Source: Catajapyx aquilonaris (lineage: Eukaryota). Taken from it: DNA of 54,955 nucleotides. Under the pieces are notes generated by a model. That model was given only the letters and a program-made list of their open reading frames with translations. It did no database searches and had not been told where the DNA came from. The stretch covers positions 1-54,955 of the forward strand of contig KZ538674.1 of NCBI GenBank assembly GCA_000934665.2. Direction: 5' to 3'. Both the position numbers and the translations under genes were made by a program. Positions 51,159 through 54,955 of this stretch are shown here, piece after piece; position 1 is the first letter of the stretch; the number at the start of each line of letters is the position of its first letter.

Positions 51159-52092
51159 CTTGCTCTGATCTGAAAATATTGGGACACCCCCAAAAAATGG
51201 AGTGGTGGGGTTATACACAGGATGTGATAAAAAGTTTCCATTAAGATTATCTGGACTTTAGAATGGATAATTATGAATAGTAACAATTGAGCTAGGAGGA
51301 TACCAAATTTGAAGTTCATTTGACAGTTAACAACTGAAATAAATACGATTATACCTTGGACAGTGAATTTCTGTGGGGTCTGGTAAAAATTGCTGCCACT
51401 CTGTTTATTTCTTACTTAGCGGGATGTAAATGTTGATAATGAACCTGAGGGGCCGCACAAACCCAAAAACAATTATGACATTAATTACAAAAAATCTAGC
51501 ACAAAATTAAAAAATATTTATCATGGCTTGCAGATGTGCCCTTTTCTGTGCATTTTTGAATTAAGGAATATTTAAAGCCATTTTACTTTAATTGCAATGA
51601 AATTTTTTATCATAGCACATTGGACTGAGTTCTAGATAAACAATACTATCACATTTTAATTTATTAATAAATAACACCGTTAAATGTGGTACAGCCAAGT
51701 GTATCAATTTCTGAAAAAATCCACTTGCGATAAATATTTTTAAATTTTGTGCTAGATTTTTTGTAATTAATGTCATAACTGTTTTTGGGTTTGTGCGGCC
51801 CCTCAGGTTCATTATCAACATTTACATCCCGCTAAGTAAGAAATAAACAGAGTGGCAGCAATTTTTACCAGACCCCACAGAAATTCACTGTCCAAGGTAT
51901 AATCGTATTTATTTCAGTTGTTAACTGTCAAATGAACTTCAAATTTGGTATCCTCCTAGCTCAATTGTTACTATTCATAATTATCCATTCTAAAGTCCAG
52001 ATAATCTTAATGGAGACTTTTTATCACATCCTGTGTATAACCCCACCACTCCATTTTTTGGGGGTGTCCCAATATTTTCAGATCAGGGCAAG
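51159..52092. mobile_element. 934-bp foldback-type non-autonomous DNA transposon with about 364-bp TIRs
   Basis: Arms 51159-51522 and 51729-52092 are about 99% reverse-complementary (4 mismatches seen by eye), with a 206-bp AT-rich spacer, flanked by (TA)TA on both sides; explains the mirrored ORFs 51047..51319(-) and 51932..52129(+). Confidence 0.95.
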
Positions 52093-52203
52093 TATATTAG
52101 ATATATTTGTAGGACACTTCCACAGTTAGATTTTTAGTTATTCGTATGCTGTAGTAATAGTAATTGGAAACAATAATAATGAAAAACTTTGGCTTATTGT
52201 TTT

Positions 52204-52265
52204 CGAGGCGTGATTGGCCACCTCAGATGAGGTATTCCTCATCTGAGATGGCCAATCACACCTCG
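52204..52265. repeat. 62-bp near-perfect hairpin
   Basis: CGAGGCGTGATTGGCCACCTCAGATGAGG-TATT-CCTCATCTGAGATGGCCAATCACACCTCG; 29-bp arms with 2 mismatches. Confidence 0.88.
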
Positions 52266-53465
52266 GTCAAACTTTTTTAAATAAAAATTAAACAAAAAAA
52301 TAATCGGGCACATTTGGGTTAATAAAGAGCTTAACAGTAGAGACCTGTCCGTCTCCTGAATCGCTTCAATTCCACCTGAGTTGACATATAGTTTACATCA
52401 GTGATCAAGAGCCTGTCAGGACCGACGTTCCAGCCACATTGTCATTAAAATTTAGATTGCGTACGTCCCTCGCGGTATTTTTTCGGCACCCACATCACGG
52501 CCCTAAGTAAGACCCCAACCCAATGTCAACAGAAATCTACAGACACGGTAATATTTCCCTCCCTATGATGTGGATCGCCTCGGGTGACATGGATTTGGAC
52601 CACAGCAGCTGCGGTAGGGGCTTCCTGCTCGTTTATAAAGGCATTTCTTGCAGCCCCGAAGGCCTCTGCGATGTCAATAAATATTCGGAGAGAGCCACGA
52701 AAGGTTCCAGATACAAACAAGGCCCGTTCCCTTTGAGCTCGCAGATCACAAAGAAGGCTCTGAGATCAAAGGTTGCGGTCCAAGACTCATTCTGATACAT
52801 AGGATTAAACCTGCAGGTGAAAAAAAAAGCAATTGGGATTAAATAATTTAAGAAGGGACATCCGGTTATAAATGGCTGCTTTAATGGATTGTTGATAGTG
52901 GTCTGGGTTAGATAGACCCGCATGCTTCTTTTCGAGTGAGTGAACTCCAGGTCATCAATCTCTTTCGGCCACCGCCAAAAAAAAAAAAAAACCCCCAGGA
53001 AGAGTCCGATTCCACTCCATTCTGCTGGCTGCCCAGCATCATGAAATTTGCAAGACATTCCGTTTGTAATAAAAGTTCGATTCCGTGGTATTCATGGGAT
53101 CTGGAGCATGTGTGGTCCCACCCCGGACTGTACTTTTTTCCCCCTCTCTTTTTAGGAGAGGTTCAAATAGAGTGTGGTTGGGGAGGGAGGGGGGGGGGGG
53201 TCCTGTACGGGCAGTTTGGCACAGAATGGGTCTCATTGCAACCTGTTCTGGGCGGGGATTTGGTTGCCATCAAAGTGAGGACTTAAGAGCCGGACAGGAG
53301 TCGTGCGGACTTTTACGAGTAACTGCTGGGTTTTAATTCAGCGTATCTGGTTTTTGGGTTAGATTTTTCCTGCTGGTTAATTCTCTGAATAATTATGATC
53401 GGGACATTCCGTTAATTGATGTGCTGTTTATAATAGGAGTTTAGGATGGCAGTTATACAGAAGTT

Positions 53466-53527
53466 GCGGACACCGTGGCTCGCAGCTGCGAGCACGGCTC
53501 GCAGCGGCTACGAGCCACGGTGTCCGC
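53466..53527. repeat. GC-rich hairpin with internal GCTCGCAGC repeats
   Basis: GCGGACACCGTGGCTCG ... CGAGCCACGGTGTCCGC (17-bp perfect arms). Confidence 0.85.
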
Positions 53528-53585
53528 GGACAAGCGAATCCCGAGAAAACCTGCTCGAAAGTTATTGAACTATTTTTTTGCTTAA

Positions 53586-54087
53586 AGGGACACTCCACTC
53601 AAAATACAAGTTGATCTGTAAAAATCTGGCAAAAAATCCTGATTCCGGTGATACCATCCGTTTATCTATGAGACGAACGGTAATGTCAGGGGAAGAGACG
53701 GAAGTCGGAAAAAATTCGAGGTCTGTTCGAGAGTGGCGCCGCCTGACCACCTGGCCAAGTTAGGCGACGTTGGATAGTAGCGCCGCCCTTCCCAACGGCG
53801 ACTTGGATAAGTTGCCTGCGGGTATGGGGATCCGTGGGGATCTGGTTGTGTCCGAAGCCAACTTCCCCTAGTGCCCGTTGGGAAGGGCGGCGCTACTATC
53901 CAACGTCGCCTAACTTGGCCAGGTGGCCAGGCGGCGCCACTCTCGAACAGACCTCGAATTTTTTCCGACTTTCGTCTCTTCCCCTGACATTACCGTTCGT
54001 CTCAGAGATAAACGGATGGTATCACCGGAATCAGGATTTTTTGTCTGATTTTTACAGATCAACTTGTATTTTGAGTGGAGTGTCCCT
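53586..54087. mobile_element. 502-bp palindromic non-autonomous transposon, Kolobok-like (TTAA TSD, AGG...CCT ends)
   Basis: TTAA|AGGGACACTCCACTCAAAATACAAG ... CTTGTATTTTGAGTGGAGTGTCCCT|TTAA; about 210-bp near-perfect arms, then degenerate arms toward the centre. Purine (RR) termini with TTAA fit Kolobok rather than piggyBac (YY). Confidence 0.92.
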
Positions 54088-54638
54088 TTAATATTGTAAA
54101 CCTGACGCTCCATTCACGAGCAAAACAGTCCCTCACAAAAAAAAACCACAAGCGATTTACGAAAAGTCCTTAGGAACAGACGGCAGTGTTTTACAACCGT
54201 GCCTTAAAAATAAAAAAAGAACGTTGGCGTAATCCAAAGCAGACGGGTAGGACGCATCTCTAGAAAACCGTTCCTAACGAACCATCTCCCAGTTGGTGGG
54301 CGGGACATAGATTATGCACATTACGAGCTATTCGAGCGCAGGAGGAAACCCTTTTTTTTTGCTGTCAGACTCTTTACTTTATGGCTCCAAAGTCCGAAAG
54401 AGAAGCTCCTGACGTGTAAAACTCCCTTCGGATTAAGTATCCGGATTACTTCAGGATCACTTGAGGGTAAAGCAGGGTGGTTAGGGAATAAAATTTCCTT
54501 TTTTGCGGGCGGCCATTTGCAATCCAGGCGCCCGATGCGTAATTTCGAGACGTGGATGGGCGAGCACCGGGCGCTTTGGCGCTTTGGCACCCTATCATCG
54601 CGGATCCGGCACGCATGCGCTCTCTGCGCTACGCCNAA

Positions 54639-54730
54639 TAATGGTACTTTTTGCGTACCATTATGGTACATGGTACGGAACCCGAAATTATGGTATGAAT
54701 ACCATAATTATGGTACATCTGGTAACACTG
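54639..54730. mobile_element. hAT-like right end with ATGGTAC subterminal repeats
   Basis: Several ATGGTA(C)/(G)TACCAT motifs in both orientations, ending CATCTGGTAACACTG (reverse complement CAGTGTTACCAG); matching left end not identified. Confidence 0.5.
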
Positions 54731-54955
54731 CTGACGCGATTCGCGAATGGCGGTAATAGTTCTCGGAATGCCCGCCGAGCCACTCGAGCGCTGAAATCGC
54801 AGTGCGTGACTCGCGCCTCGTTCCAGGGGGGGGGATTCCGGAATATCGCATGGCGCGCTGGTGTATAGCTGGCACAGCTGATCTATGAGCTGCCCCCCGT
54901 GCCAGGAGCCAACGCGAGGCCAGACGCCCAGAGATCGCGCGGAGCCAGAAGCCAG

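Noticed and set aside
1..54955. All ORFs in the supplied six-frame track as genes
   Set aside because: They are short, many start at non-ATG codons, overlap in all frames and show no recognisable domain. The longest spans N; others come from microsatellites or mirrored palindrome arms.

Overview
This is eukaryotic, probably invertebrate-animal, genomic DNA of moderate GC content with one assembly gap (4825-5200). No ORF in the six-frame track is a recognisable protein, so I call no CDS. The window reads as very long intronic or intergenic sequence crowded with short non-autonomous palindromic transposons. These include a CAGTG/TA-TSD MITE family in 4 copies plus a collapsed copy, TTAA-flanked Kolobok-like MITEs, hAT-like ends, a 934-bp foldback element, a Helitron-like 3' end and a probable solo LTR. 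Microsatellites and many G/C homopolymer tracts are also present. Two signals stand out. (1) Two + strand branch-point/polypyrimidine/CAG|GTAAG sites at 10432/10433 and 36980/36981 look like recursive-splicing (ratchet) points of a giant intron; the first is followed by a 42-nt exon-like segment and a second GTAAGT donor. (2) A palindrome at 45710-45818 has arms that each consist of an LTR terminus fused to the 3' half of tRNA-Lys(CTT). The intact arm includes the CCA, extends beyond the 18-nt PBS, and carries a substitution exactly at tRNA position 58 (m1A58) that the other arm shares. All coordinates and identities were counted by eye and may be off by a few bases.
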